The position numbers and the translations under genes are program-made. From the NCBI GenBank assembly GCA_963709905.1, contig CAVPYI010000005.1:147897-211896 (forward strand): a DNA stretch of 64,000 nucleotides, read 5' to 3'. Source of the stretch: an uncultured Gemmatimonadales bacterium (lineage in GTDB: Bacteria; Gemmatimonadota; Gemmatimonadetes; Gemmatimonadales; GWC2-71-9). How positions within the stretch are numbered: the first letter of the stretch is position 1; the number at the start of each line of letters is the position of its first letter. Below the pieces are notes generated by a model. That model was not told where the DNA came from and did not search any database. It saw only the letters and a program-made list of their open reading frames with translations. Below are positions 49,001 to 57,252 of this stretch, piece after piece.

Positions 49001-50029
49001 CTACGGGCCGCCGCCCGCGGCCACCGGGGCGGCCTCGGTCGGGTGCAGGTACTCCATTCGGTACATCCGAATGAGTTCGAAGAAGTAGGAAAGTGCCAGC
49101 GGCCCGACCAGGATGCCCAGCAGCCCGAAGTAGCTCACTCCGCCGATCGCCCCCACCAGCGTCACCAGTGGGTGCACCTGGGCGAACCGGCGAAAGACCG
49201 CCGGGCGGATGACGATGTCCACGTTGCCGACCAGGACCAGGCCGATCAGCAGCAGGGCGACGGCGGCGCCGTATCGGGCGTCGAGAATCAGGGCGATCGC
49301 GCCGGGACCCCAGACCAGGGCCGAGCCCACCACCGGAAGGATGGAGACAACCACGGTCACGACCCCCCAGAACACGGCGTTGGACAGTCCGGTCGCCCAG
49401 AATCCGAGCGCGACGAAGACTCCCTGGACCACCGCCACCAGGCCGGTGCCGATCACGGTGGAAATGGTGACGTCCCGGAACCGATCGCGCAGCCGATCCG
49501 CGCTCGCCGGGGAGAACGGAATGTACGGCTTGACCGCCCCCCAGATCTGGGTGGGACGGAGCAGCAGATAGAACAGAATAAAGAGCGAGATCGTGAGGTT
49601 GAGGCCCAGGCGGGTGGCGTGGCCGATCAGGCCGAAGGCGGTGGCGCCGAGCCAGGCGATCGCCTTTTCGCCCAGTCCGGCAAGCCGTGGTCCGACTTCC
49701 AGCGTGCCGATTGTGAGGCCGGACAGTCGTTCTCGCAGTGGGCCGCGCAACACGCCGCTCGCGATGGACTGGGCCTGGTCCACCAGCAAGCCGGCAAACC
49801 AGATCGTGGGAACCACCAGCAGCATCAACGCGAGCAGAACCATGATTCCGGCGGAGAGCTGGAGCGGCAGCCGCCGGGAGAGCCACTCATGGACCGGGAC
49901 GAGAATGACGAACAGCACCAGGCCGCCAATGAGGCCGGTGGCGTAGGGTGCCAGCGCGTACAGAATGACCGACCCGAGGACCAGGATCAGCACTGAGGCG
50001 CGCTGCCTGGTGGTGTCCATGAATGGCAT
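49001..50029 (-). CDS. AI-2E family transporter (PerM/UPF0118)
   Basis: 342-aa polytopic membrane protein with C-terminal PL..L......G..G.LG...G.P motif. Confidence 0.8.
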   Translation of the reverse strand: MPFMDTTRQRASVLILVLGSVILYALAPYATGLIGGLVLFVILVPVHEWLSRRLPLQLSAGIMVLLALMLLVVPTIWFAGLLVDQAQSIASGVLRGPLRERLSGLTIGTLEVGPRLAGLGEKAIAWLGATAFGLIGHATRLGLNLTISLFILFYLLLRPTQIWGAVKPYIPFSPASADRLRDRFRDVTISTVIGTGLVAVVQGVFVALGFWATGLSNAVFWGVVTVVVSILPVVGSALVWGPGAIALILDARYGAAVALLLIGLVLVGNVDIVIRPAVFRRFAQVHPLVTLVGAIGGVSYFGLLGILVGPLALSYFFELIRMYRMEYLHPTEAAPVAAGGGP

Positions 50030-50110
50030 GGTACTGGAAACCTAGGCGGGGACCGACCCCGACGGCCAGATTGATGGTAGCGACCGCACTGCCGGCTGCG
50101 AACTCGTCCA

Positions 50111-50193
50111 TGCCCGAGGCGAGAGTCGAACTCGCACGGGGTTGCCCCCGGCGGATTTTGAGTCCGCTGCGTCTGCCATTCCGCCACTCGGGC
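50111..50193 (-). tRNA. tRNA-Leu (anticodon CAA)
   Basis: Manual cloverleaf of GCCCGAGTGGCGGAATGGCAGACGCAGCGGACTCAAAATCCGCCGGGGGCAACCCCGTGCGAGTTCGACTCTCGCCTCGGGCA. It has a 7-bp acceptor stem, anticodon stem GCGGA/TCCGC with loop CTCAAAA, a long variable arm, and T-arm GCGAG-TTCGACT-CTCGC. CCA is not encoded. Confidence 0.9.
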
Positions 50194-50247
50194 CGAGCGG
50201 GAGTATCGTCGGGCGGCATGGGGATGGCAAGGATGTGGCGACGCCCT

Positions 50248-51354
50248 TCAAATGGTTCGCCACGCCCGGTATGCCCCTCGCGCGGCCAGCGCGGCCAGCC
50301 GGCGCCGGAGGCGCACGACAGGAGAGGTCCCGCGTACCCCAGGCACGATCGGCCAGCCGACCTCCGCCCGGGTGCCTTCCTCGATGAGCTTGTCGACTAC
50401 TCGCGGATAGCCGACTCCGTGACGATGCACGGCCAGCCGCCACCGGAGCGTTCGGCCCAGATCGAATGGCGTCCGGGGCATGTCCAGCACCCGCTGGCGG
50501 CCCGCGAGCCACTCGGCCGCGCCCAGCCAGGTCAGGGCCAGATCCCGCGACGGCACCTCGGACGAGTCCAGCCGGCCTTCAATCACATCCCACGCAATCG
50601 GCTCGGCACTCGCCAGAATCACGCTCGCGTCCAGGAAGTAGCGCAGGCGGAACGCAGCGGATCCCTGTATCAGACCATGGGTGATACTGTGCCAGAGCAG
50701 TTCCGTCGCACAGGGAATCGGAAACTCCAGCCCGTTCCGGGCCACCGATACCGCTGCGGACGTCGCCCGGCGCCAGGCCTCCTCCGGCGATTCATGTTTC
50801 GACGTCGACAGGTGCAATTCGACGGCCACCCGGTCCGTGCCCCAGAGCGGAGTCAGGTGAAAATGGTTGAGTGGGGTCCGGTCCTCGGCGCCGGCCGGCT
50901 GGTAGCCCGCGCGTTGCATATGGTTCCAGACTTCCGTGGCACGATCGTGAGGCACGATCAGGTCGACATCACCGGTGGCTCTGGCATCGGCGTAAGGATA
51001 GCGGGCGGCACCCACGCGCCGGGCGACGCCCTTGAGCCACACATGCGGATAGCGGTTGCTGGTGAGCCAGTCGCTGAGCCGGGCAACCTGCGCGTCTACC
51101 AGGAGGTTCCGGGCGACGTGATCGCGAGCCAGCTGCGACAGCCAGGCGGCGAACACCGGGTCAGGGGCATCCTCGGCTCCGGCGCCCTTGAGCCGACGGT
51201 AGAGCCACAACCCACAGCCCTCCTGGCGAACCACCGACGCAAGCCCGGCCGTCCTGAGCCCGCGCCAGGCCGACCGCAGCGCGACCGGATCCGGCTCGCT
51301 GCCGAAATGCAGGGTTTCGAGCAGCACCGCGACCGGATCTCTCACCGCCCCCAT
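50248..51354 (-). CDS. nucleotidyltransferase-family protein of the type found in lasso-peptide/PqqD cassettes
   Basis: 368-aa ORF with W.KG...........R..GDVDLIVP and HL(T/S)PLW-like motifs that I associate with the 'uncharacterised nucleotidyltransferase' family. Last gene of the RiPP-like operon. Confidence 0.7.
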   Translation of the reverse strand: MGAVRDPVAVLLETLHFGSEPDPVALRSAWRGLRTAGLASVVRQEGCGLWLYRRLKGAGAEDAPDPVFAAWLSQLARDHVARNLLVDAQVARLSDWLTSNRYPHVWLKGVARRVGAARYPYADARATGDVDLIVPHDRATEVWNHMQRAGYQPAGAEDRTPLNHFHLTPLWGTDRVAVELHLSTSKHESPEEAWRRATSAAVSVARNGLEFPIPCATELLWHSITHGLIQGSAAFRLRYFLDASVILASAEPIAWDVIEGRLDSSEVPSRDLALTWLGAAEWLAGRQRVLDMPRTPFDLGRTLRWRLAVHRHGVGYPRVVDKLIEEGTRAEVGWPIVPGVRGTSPVVRLRRRLAALAARGAYRAWRTI

Positions 51355-51430
51355 CGTCGCCCTCCATGTCTCTGCTCAAGACCCCGCGCGGGCGAATCCC
51401 CGGCGCCCCGGGCAGGCCCGCCTCGGGTGC

Positions 51431-51859
51431 TCAACCTCCCGGATCCTGCTGCTCTGGAAACCTGGCGATCATCGTGTGGGTCGTGCTCGGAGAGGACGCC
51501 CGCTCAAGGTACGGCACCCCGGCGTAGAGGAGCCAGGCGTGGGCGGTGAGCGGCCCGTCCGGCTCCCGCCGGACGCCAATGCACAACTCCACCGGAATAC
51601 CGTCTCGACGAAGCAGATAATAGAGGATGGCCGACCGCTTGAGACAGGTGTGCCGCCATGGCCCGGGGAGAGTATACAGCAGATCGTCCACCCACACGGC
51701 GAGCTCCGCCGGATCATTGGCCGTGGTAATCACCCGTGGCCCGCTCCGCCCCAGCCAGGCGCAGAGACGGCTGAACGAGATCAGGGACAAGAGCGGCGGA
51801 ATGACCAAGGCGCTGATGGAGGCACGCAATTTGAGGGCGATCGGCAGAGGAGAGCTCAC
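51431..51859 (-). CDS. lasso peptide biosynthesis B2-type protein (transglutaminase-like cysteine protease)
   Basis: PGPWRHTCLKRSAILYYLLRRDGIPVELCIGV...LTAHAWLLYAG carries the McjB-type Cys...His core. GTG 51859 overlaps the PqqD stop (GTGA); the track ORF extends to 51901. Confidence 0.8.
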   Translation of the reverse strand: MSSPLPIALKLRASISALVIPPLLSLISFSRLCAWLGRSGPRVITTANDPAELAVWVDDLLYTLPGPWRHTCLKRSAILYYLLRRDGIPVELCIGVRREPDGPLTAHAWLLYAGVPYLERASSPSTTHTMIARFPEQQDPGG

Positions 51860-52134
51860 CCAACTCCCTCCTCCTCCGTGATCAGACTCGCCTGGCTGCA
51901 CAGATCCAGAAAGGCGCGCACGCTGGCCGTGGCGTGCTCGGGAGTCACTTCATACCGCTGGACCAGCACGGCCACCAGCTCCTCGAGCGTCCTGGGAGTC
52001 GAAAGCGCCTCCAGGATGACGACGCCAGTCTTGCTGACCGTGAAGTAGCGCCGAGTACCGAGGTGCAGCACGACACCCTCTCCCTCGATCGCGCTGAGTC
52101 GGAGGTCGGGATGGGGCCGGTAGCGGATGGTCAT
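51856..52134 (-). CDS. PqqD-family RiPP recognition element (lasso B1-like)
   Basis: 92-aa ORF: ...EGEGVVLHLGTRRYFTVSKTGVVILEAL..PRTLEELVAVLVQRYEV..E.A...V..FL..L is a typical PqqD fold sequence. Its ATG overlaps the kinase stop. Confidence 0.85.
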   Translation of the reverse strand: MTIRYRPHPDLRLSAIEGEGVVLHLGTRRYFTVSKTGVVILEALSTPRTLEELVAVLVQRYEVTPEHATASVRAFLDLCSQASLITEEEGVG

Positions 52135-53045
52135 CGGATCAATTCCGACAGGAGATCGGGCCTCCCGAACAGATCAGGCCCCAGGAAGACCCGGTACGCC
52201 CGACTCTGGCGACCGAGTCGGGTCAGCAGCTCCAGGTGCTCCTGGGCGAGTCCGGGTTCGACAATGACCCAGGCGGACCAGCGCACCAGTTCGGCGAGGG
52301 CCTGGCCGGGGCTCAGCAGTTCGGCCCGGGTGCGGTCGCCGCTCACGGTGGTAAACACGATGATCTCGGGCTCGACTCTGGCCACCCAGCTTCCCCCCAG
52401 CTCGTCCGGCCAGTATCCCACTTTGCCCCGGTCGGGAAGCGAGATTCCACCCGAGTGGGCCAACAGCTCCTGGCCCCCGGGGCGGAGCGCGATCCGACTT
52501 CGAAATGCGTGGGCTCCGACCCGATCTCCCGCCGAAACCAGGAAGGTGATGTCGTCGGTGCCGATGGCCCACCCCCACGAGCACACCAGCGCGGTGGTGG
52601 TCGATTTGCCCGAGCCCGAGTCACCTGCCAGGAGCCAGCCCCTGCCCTGAGGATCTACGGCGGTTCCCCCGTGCACATGATGCCAACCGGCCCGGCGCAG
52701 GAGAAAAATGAGCACGCTGAGAAAGAAAGTGCGCGTACTCTCTTCGATGCGTTCGGCCGCTTCGGGCGACAGCACTACCCGGGCGGAGGGTTCTCCGGGA
52801 CCCAGCTCCGCCACCGCGGGGGCAACCCCCCAGCGGATCGAGAGTCTATTATCAGGGGGAAGGACGTGGAAGGAAACGCCGGGCTGCTGAAACGCGGCCG
52901 GAGTCCCGTCCGGCGGTGCGACGGCTTCGATTCGAACGTCGATACGGAGGGGCACCGGCGGAACGATCCGGCCTTCGACCAGCCACGACTGCAGATGACC
53001 CCGGATGGCGGCGTCCGCGCAGCTGACCTGGATTTCAGGGGACAT
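52131..53045 (-). CDS. HPr-kinase-like serine/threonine kinase (RiPP-associated)
   Basis: 304-aa ORF. HGGTAVDPQGRGWLLAGDSGSGKSTTTALV resembles the HPrK/P C-terminal domain P-loop, as in kinases of phosphorylated lasso-peptide clusters. Confidence 0.75.
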   Translation of the reverse strand: MSPEIQVSCADAAIRGHLQSWLVEGRIVPPVPLRIDVRIEAVAPPDGTPAAFQQPGVSFHVLPPDNRLSIRWGVAPAVAELGPGEPSARVVLSPEAAERIEESTRTFFLSVLIFLLRRAGWHHVHGGTAVDPQGRGWLLAGDSGSGKSTTTALVCSWGWAIGTDDITFLVSAGDRVGAHAFRSRIALRPGGQELLAHSGGISLPDRGKVGYWPDELGGSWVARVEPEIIVFTTVSGDRTRAELLSPGQALAELVRWSAWVIVEPGLAQEHLELLTRLGRQSRAYRVFLGPDLFGRPDLLSELIR

Positions 53046-53067
53046 GCCAGTAAGATGGGCACGAGAG

Positions 53068-53106
53068 CCCCCACGTGCCGGTCTGCCTTACGGCCGACAC
53101 GTGGGG
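53068..53106 (-). terminator. stem-loop between the precursor gene and the kinase gene (possible attenuator or processing site)
   Basis: cccccacgtgccg...cggccgacacgtgggg: about 12 bp of pairing with one mismatch. No U-tract follows. Confidence 0.3.
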
Positions 53107-53193
53107 TTCACGTTCGCTAACCGACGCCTATCCCTCCAGGTCCGGCCAGTTCAGCGCCTGCGCCGAACCGCCTCATCCTGGATTAGCCTAAGC

Positions 53194-53310
53194 TCAGGTA
53201 GGGATGCCGCCGCCGCCGTCGTTCGGTCCCGAAATCAGCGTCACCGCTGCGAGCGAGCCCTGCTCGGTCAGTGTGGGCTCTTCGAACTGCTGCCGGCTCT
53301 CGTTTGACAT
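53194..53310 (-). CDS. 38-aa RiPP precursor peptide with lasso-type leader
   Basis: MSNESRQQFEEPTLTEQGSLAAVTLISGPNDGGGGIPT. AAGGA Shine-Dalgarno sits 7 nt before ATG 53310. First gene of the operon, preceded by about 200 bp of unusually AT-rich DNA. Leader motif match is described in findings. Confidence 0.75.
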   Translation of the reverse strand: MSNESRQQFEEPTLTEQGSLAAVTLISGPNDGGGGIPT

Positions 53311-53552
53311 GGTCGTTTCCTTGGCATCGGTCAGGGCAAAAGGTACCTGCTCGTAGTGCAAGACTCGGCCCAACAGTGCAACACTCTCCCTCGTTTGTAA
53401 GTCGTTGTCAGCAGCATGAATCGCGACGCCGCACAGAACAAGACCCCCCAAAGCGTAGCTTTGGCGCAACACATTCCGCTGAAACTGTGTGTGTCCGGTA
53501 TCACCAATGTACGGTCTTATGATGTCCGTGCAAGACCGGGTGCGCGCGTGGG

Positions 53553-54038
53553 TCAGTGACCCGCTGGAACACAGCTCACTCTGGCAAAGGGAAACTCGAC
53601 CCGGCGACGGGTCCCTCCGGTCGGCCCGTCGATCCAGGCCAGAACCGAGTCCCGGTTCACCCGACGGTAGCCGATCTCCTGCGGGTAGTCGTGCGCCGGG
53701 TTGGCAAAGCGTAATTCTTCCCCGGACGGGACCCCCACAGTGCGGAAGGTGGCCGGTGCCTGGCCGGAAGGGTGGGCTTCGAGTGACCAGCCATCGGCTC
53801 GCATCCGCAGAATCAGAAACTCATACTCAACCACCGAGTCTCCCCGAACGGTTCGACTGGTGCCGAGCATCATCCCGCCCCGCGGCAGCGACCACTGCTC
53901 TTCCACGACCCTCCCATTCCGTTCCCGCCGCCAGCAGCCGGCGAGCCACCCGGGAGAGATTGGAGTAGTGTACGGGGCTCCCAGAAACATCGCCACCAGA
54001 ATGAGCGTCATCTGTCGAAGCATTGATCCTCCGGGCAC
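53553..54038 (-). CDS. hypothetical secreted protein
   Basis: 161-aa ORF with an N-terminal signal-like segment MTLILVAMFLGAP. No motif I can name with confidence. Confidence 0.55.
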   Translation of the reverse strand: MPGGSMLRQMTLILVAMFLGAPYTTPISPGWLAGCWRRERNGRVVEEQWSLPRGGMMLGTSRTVRGDSVVEYEFLILRMRADGWSLEAHPSGQAPATFRTVGVPSGEELRFANPAHDYPQEIGYRRVNRDSVLAWIDGPTGGTRRRVEFPFARVSCVPAGH

Positions 54039-54084
54039 GGTGTTGGATCGCCGACTCTACCCGATTCTCAGCCGCTGGTCTTGA

Positions 54085-54927
54085 ATGAACCCGACCTCCG
54101 CCTCGACCCCGGAGTTTCACGAACTCAGCCCGCGCGGAGAGCTGGCACTCTGGGTTCGGCGTCTCTGGGCACTCCGGGTTCCCGCCGGCGACCTCGCGAC
54201 CTTCGAGCCGGTCCTACCCGACGGCTGTCCTGAGCTGGTTTTCAACCTGGCCGACCCGTTCGAACGCCTGCATCCCGACCGCACTGAACGCCAGCCGGGG
54301 GTTCTGCTGGCGGGTCAGATGCTTGGTCCTCTGCTGATCCGTCCTACCGGCGCCATCGACCTCGTGGGAGTGCGCTTTCACCCCTGGGGGACCCTTCTGC
54401 TCGGAACCCTGCCGGCGCGGGATCTGGTGAACCGGATCGTTCCCGACGACGCCGTCCCGCGCATCGATGGACTGCGCGGCGCGTTGGCGGCGACTCCGTA
54501 CCTGGCTCAACGCCTTGGTCTGCTGGCGGAACGGTTGGCCACTGGCCTCCGGACCAGGGCCGTCACGCCGCCGTCGGCCCTTCGAGCGATCGGTACCGGG
54601 ACCGTTGGCTCGGTCTCACTGGCTGCCCGGCTGGCGGGGATCTCCCCACGCCATCTCGAGCGGCTCAGCGAGGCCTGGGTTGGCCTTCCGCCAGGACAGC
54701 TGGTTCGGCTCATCCGGTTCCAGCGCGCCCTCCGCAGCCTGCGGCATCGACCGGCCACGCCGCTGGCCCGCCTGGCGCTGGAATGCGGGTACGCCGATCA
54801 GGCCCACCTGACCAGGGAGATTCGCCGCTACAGCGGCATGACTCCATCAGCCGTTCGCACCGGGGTCGGAGCCCTCACCGAGAGCTTCATTGAGACCACC
54901 GCTGTCCTCCCGGTGGAGTCCAGCTAG
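54085..54927 (+). CDS. AraC-family transcriptional regulator
   Basis: C-terminal HTH region ...LARLALECGYADQAHLTREIRRYSGMTPSA is the AraC/XylS signature. Confidence 0.85.
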   Translation: MNPTSASTPEFHELSPRGELALWVRRLWALRVPAGDLATFEPVLPDGCPELVFNLADPFERLHPDRTERQPGVLLAGQMLGPLLIRPTGAIDLVGVRFHPWGTLLLGTLPARDLVNRIVPDDAVPRIDGLRGALAATPYLAQRLGLLAERLATGLRTRAVTPPSALRAIGTGTVGSVSLAARLAGISPRHLERLSEAWVGLPPGQLVRLIRFQRALRSLRHRPATPLARLALECGYADQAHLTREIRRYSGMTPSAVRTGVGALTESFIETTAVLPVESS

Positions 54928-54936
54928 CTTTCGGCG

Positions 54937-55509
54937 ATGCCTCGCTCCCCGGTCCTCGGCCTGCACCCCTGGCACGACCTTCCCACCGGCACGAAACCGC
55001 CGGAGATAGTCAGCGCCATCATCGAAATTCCCACCAACGAGCGCAACAAGTACGAGCTGGACAAGGAATACGGCATCTTCCGGCTGGACCGGGTGCTGCA
55101 CAGTGCCGTGCACTACCCCGGCGACTACGGATTCCTGCCCCGCACCCTGGGCGACGACGACGATCCGCTCGATGTCCTGGTGATCACCACCATTCCGGTG
55201 TTCGTGGGCTGCCTGGTCGAATGCCGGCCGATCGGGCTCTTTCACCTGGTGGATCGCGGCAGGGCCGACGAAAAGGTGCTGGCCGTCCCGCTCAACGACC
55301 CCTATTCCGACGGCATCGACGAGCTGCAGGACATCCCCAAGCATTCGCTCAAGGAGATCGAACATTTCTTCCAGGTCTACAAGGACCTCGAAGGAGTGAC
55401 TACGCGGACTCGGGGCTTTGAAGGAGTAAAGGAGGCGCGGGAGGCGATCACCTACGCCATGGGGTTGTACCGCAAGAAGTTCGGTGGGGGAAAGAAGGCG
55501 CGGCGCTAG
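54937..55509 (+). CDS. ppa: inorganic pyrophosphatase (family I)
   Basis: IIEIP..ERNKYELD, YP.DYGF.P.T.G.DDDPLDVLV motifs. Confidence 0.95.
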   Translation: MPRSPVLGLHPWHDLPTGTKPPEIVSAIIEIPTNERNKYELDKEYGIFRLDRVLHSAVHYPGDYGFLPRTLGDDDDPLDVLVITTIPVFVGCLVECRPIGLFHLVDRGRADEKVLAVPLNDPYSDGIDELQDIPKHSLKEIEHFFQVYKDLEGVTTRTRGFEGVKEAREAITYAMGLYRKKFGGGKKARR

Positions 55510-55522
55510 CGGGGCGCAGCGC

Positions 55523-56236
55523 CTATTCGAACGCCTTGGGGGGGCCGATGATTTCCCGCCAGATCACCGCCTCCCGGAGCCGGGCCGTGCTGTAACGCTG
55601 CGGTGATCCCGGCGTAGGGTCTCCCTGGCGAATCCGGGCATGGAACGCCTGGTGGTCCACTTCGCGGTGCTCGCGGTTGCGGGCTTCCGCGGCCTGAATC
55701 CTCCGTTGAACGACGGCCTCGGCTTCGTCGTCCCGAGCGATCACCGGACGACGGCGGTGGATATCGTCGAAGTTCTCCAGGCTCTCCGGCTGCTCGAGCG
55801 ATCCACCCTCCAGGCTGGTCCGGTCCTCCACCTCCTCCGCCGACGGCAGCCGCACTCTGCTCTGCCGACCCATCGGTCCACGCTCGTCCTGCACGACCTC
55901 CTGGCGACGTGGTGGAGCCGGGCGACGGGACGGCAGCGGTCTGGCCAGCACCGGCTTCGGCGGGGCCCGGAGCGGCGGTGGCGGTTTTCGGGTCGGCTCC
56001 GGCCTCGGGGGTTCCTCTTTCTGCTGCTTGACCCGGTCCATCCCCCGGAGGATGTGCTCGAGCGAGAGCGCTTCCTCCTGGGTTGCGGTGTCTTCGACGG
56101 GCTCGGGCGGTGACGGCGCCCCGCGTCGTGTCTGCTCGGCCTTCTTCCCCGCCTTCTGCAGCAGGTTCAGGACAAAATAGATGACGGCAAGGACGACGAG
56201 CCCTTCCCAGCTCGCCGCCTCGCGCAGGCCGTCCAC
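55523..56236 (-). CDS. hypothetical membrane-anchored Pro/Arg/Glu-rich protein
   Basis: One N-terminal TM (GLVVLAVIYFVLNLL), then a low-complexity proline-rich linker. Abuts the floA stop (56236/56237). Confidence 0.55.
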   Translation of the reverse strand: MDGLREAASWEGLVVLAVIYFVLNLLQKAGKKAEQTRRGAPSPPEPVEDTATQEEALSLEHILRGMDRVKQQKEEPPRPEPTRKPPPPLRAPPKPVLARPLPSRRPAPPRRQEVVQDERGPMGRQSRVRLPSAEEVEDRTSLEGGSLEQPESLENFDDIHRRRPVIARDDEAEAVVQRRIQAAEARNREHREVDHQAFHARIRQGDPTPGSPQRYSTARLREAVIWREIIGPPKAFE

Positions 56237-57235
56237 TCAGCCTCCGCCGGTCGAGGTTTCCGACTGGCCGGCGATGGCTTGACGCATCGTGGTATCGGCC
56301 TGGATGTTCTTGTACCGCTGGAAATCCATCACACCCAGGTTACCACTGCGGAACGCATCGGCCATCGCCAGCGGGATCTGGGCCTCGGCGGCGATCACGG
56401 CCGCCCGTTGCTTCTGGGCCTCGGCCTTGAACTCCTGTTCCGCCGCGACCGCCATGGCCCGCCGCTCTTCGGCTTTGGCCTGTGCGATCCGCTTGTCAGC
56501 TTCCGCCTGATCGGTCTGGAGCTCGGCACCGATATTCTTGCCGACGTCCACGTCGGCGATGTCGATCGACAGGATCTCGAACGCCGTCCCGGCATCCAGT
56601 CCCTTGGCCAGCACGGTCTTGGAGATCATGTCGGGGTTCTCCAGGACCTTCTTGTGGCTCTCCGCGGAGCCGATGGTGCTCACGATTCCTTCACCGACCC
56701 GGGCCAGAATGGTCTCTTCCCCTGCGCCGCCGACCAGCCGGTTGATGTTGGCACGCACGGTGACCCGGGCCAACGCCAGCAGCTGAATCCCGTCCTTGGC
56801 CATGGCGGCCACCTTCGGGGTCGTGATCACCTTGGGATTCACGCTCACCTGCACCGCTTCGAACACGTCGCGGCCCGCCAGGTCGATCGCGGTGGCCTGC
56901 TTGAGGGTGAGCGGGATGCCGGCCTTGTCGGCCGAAATCAGCGCCCTGACCACCCGCTCGACATTGCCGCCCGCCAGGAAATGCCCCTCGAGGTCGTTGA
57001 TCGGCACCGAGAGCCCGGCCTTGTGGGCGTTGATCAGGGGATTGACGATCGCGGCCGGATTGACCTTCCGGAATCGCATGCCGAACAGCGTCAGAAACGA
57101 AACCCGGACCCCGGAGGCCCAGGCGGTGATCCACAGCCCGATCGGGATGAACCGGAAGAAGATGACCAGGACAATGAAGCCAATGAAGAAAAGGGCCAGC
57201 AGCAGCCCTGGAGCCAGCTGTTCGATCTGGAGCAC
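56237..57235 (-). CDS. floA: flotillin-like protein FloA (UPF0365/YqfA)
   Basis: N-terminus [33 protein letters not shown]... and a C-terminal Ala/Glu-rich coiled region. Confidence 0.88.
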   Translation of the reverse strand: MLQIEQLAPGLLLALFFIGFIVLVIFFRFIPIGLWITAWASGVRVSFLTLFGMRFRKVNPAAIVNPLINAHKAGLSVPINDLEGHFLAGGNVERVVRALISADKAGIPLTLKQATAIDLAGRDVFEAVQVSVNPKVITTPKVAAMAKDGIQLLALARVTVRANINRLVGGAGEETILARVGEGIVSTIGSAESHKKVLENPDMISKTVLAKGLDAGTAFEILSIDIADVDVGKNIGAELQTDQAEADKRIAQAKAEERRAMAVAAEQEFKAEAQKQRAAVIAAEAQIPLAMADAFRSGNLGVMDFQRYKNIQADTTMRQAIAGQSETSTGGG

Positions 57236-57252
57236 GCTCGGAGTCTCCTCGG

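Noticed and set aside
50030-50247. tRNA-Leu flanks examined for signs that the RiPP operon is an integrated island (integrase, direct repeat of the tRNA 3' end).
   Set aside because: There is no integrase or recombinase ORF and no obvious duplicated tRNA 3' segment within the window. Island status is therefore not claimed.
53311-53472. The longer 92-aa version of the precursor ORF, starting at 53472.
   Set aside because: The upstream part lies in the AT-rich putative promoter and has no coding-like composition. The internal ATG at 53310 has its own AAGGA ribosome-binding site, and the lasso-type leader motif fits the 38-aa form.
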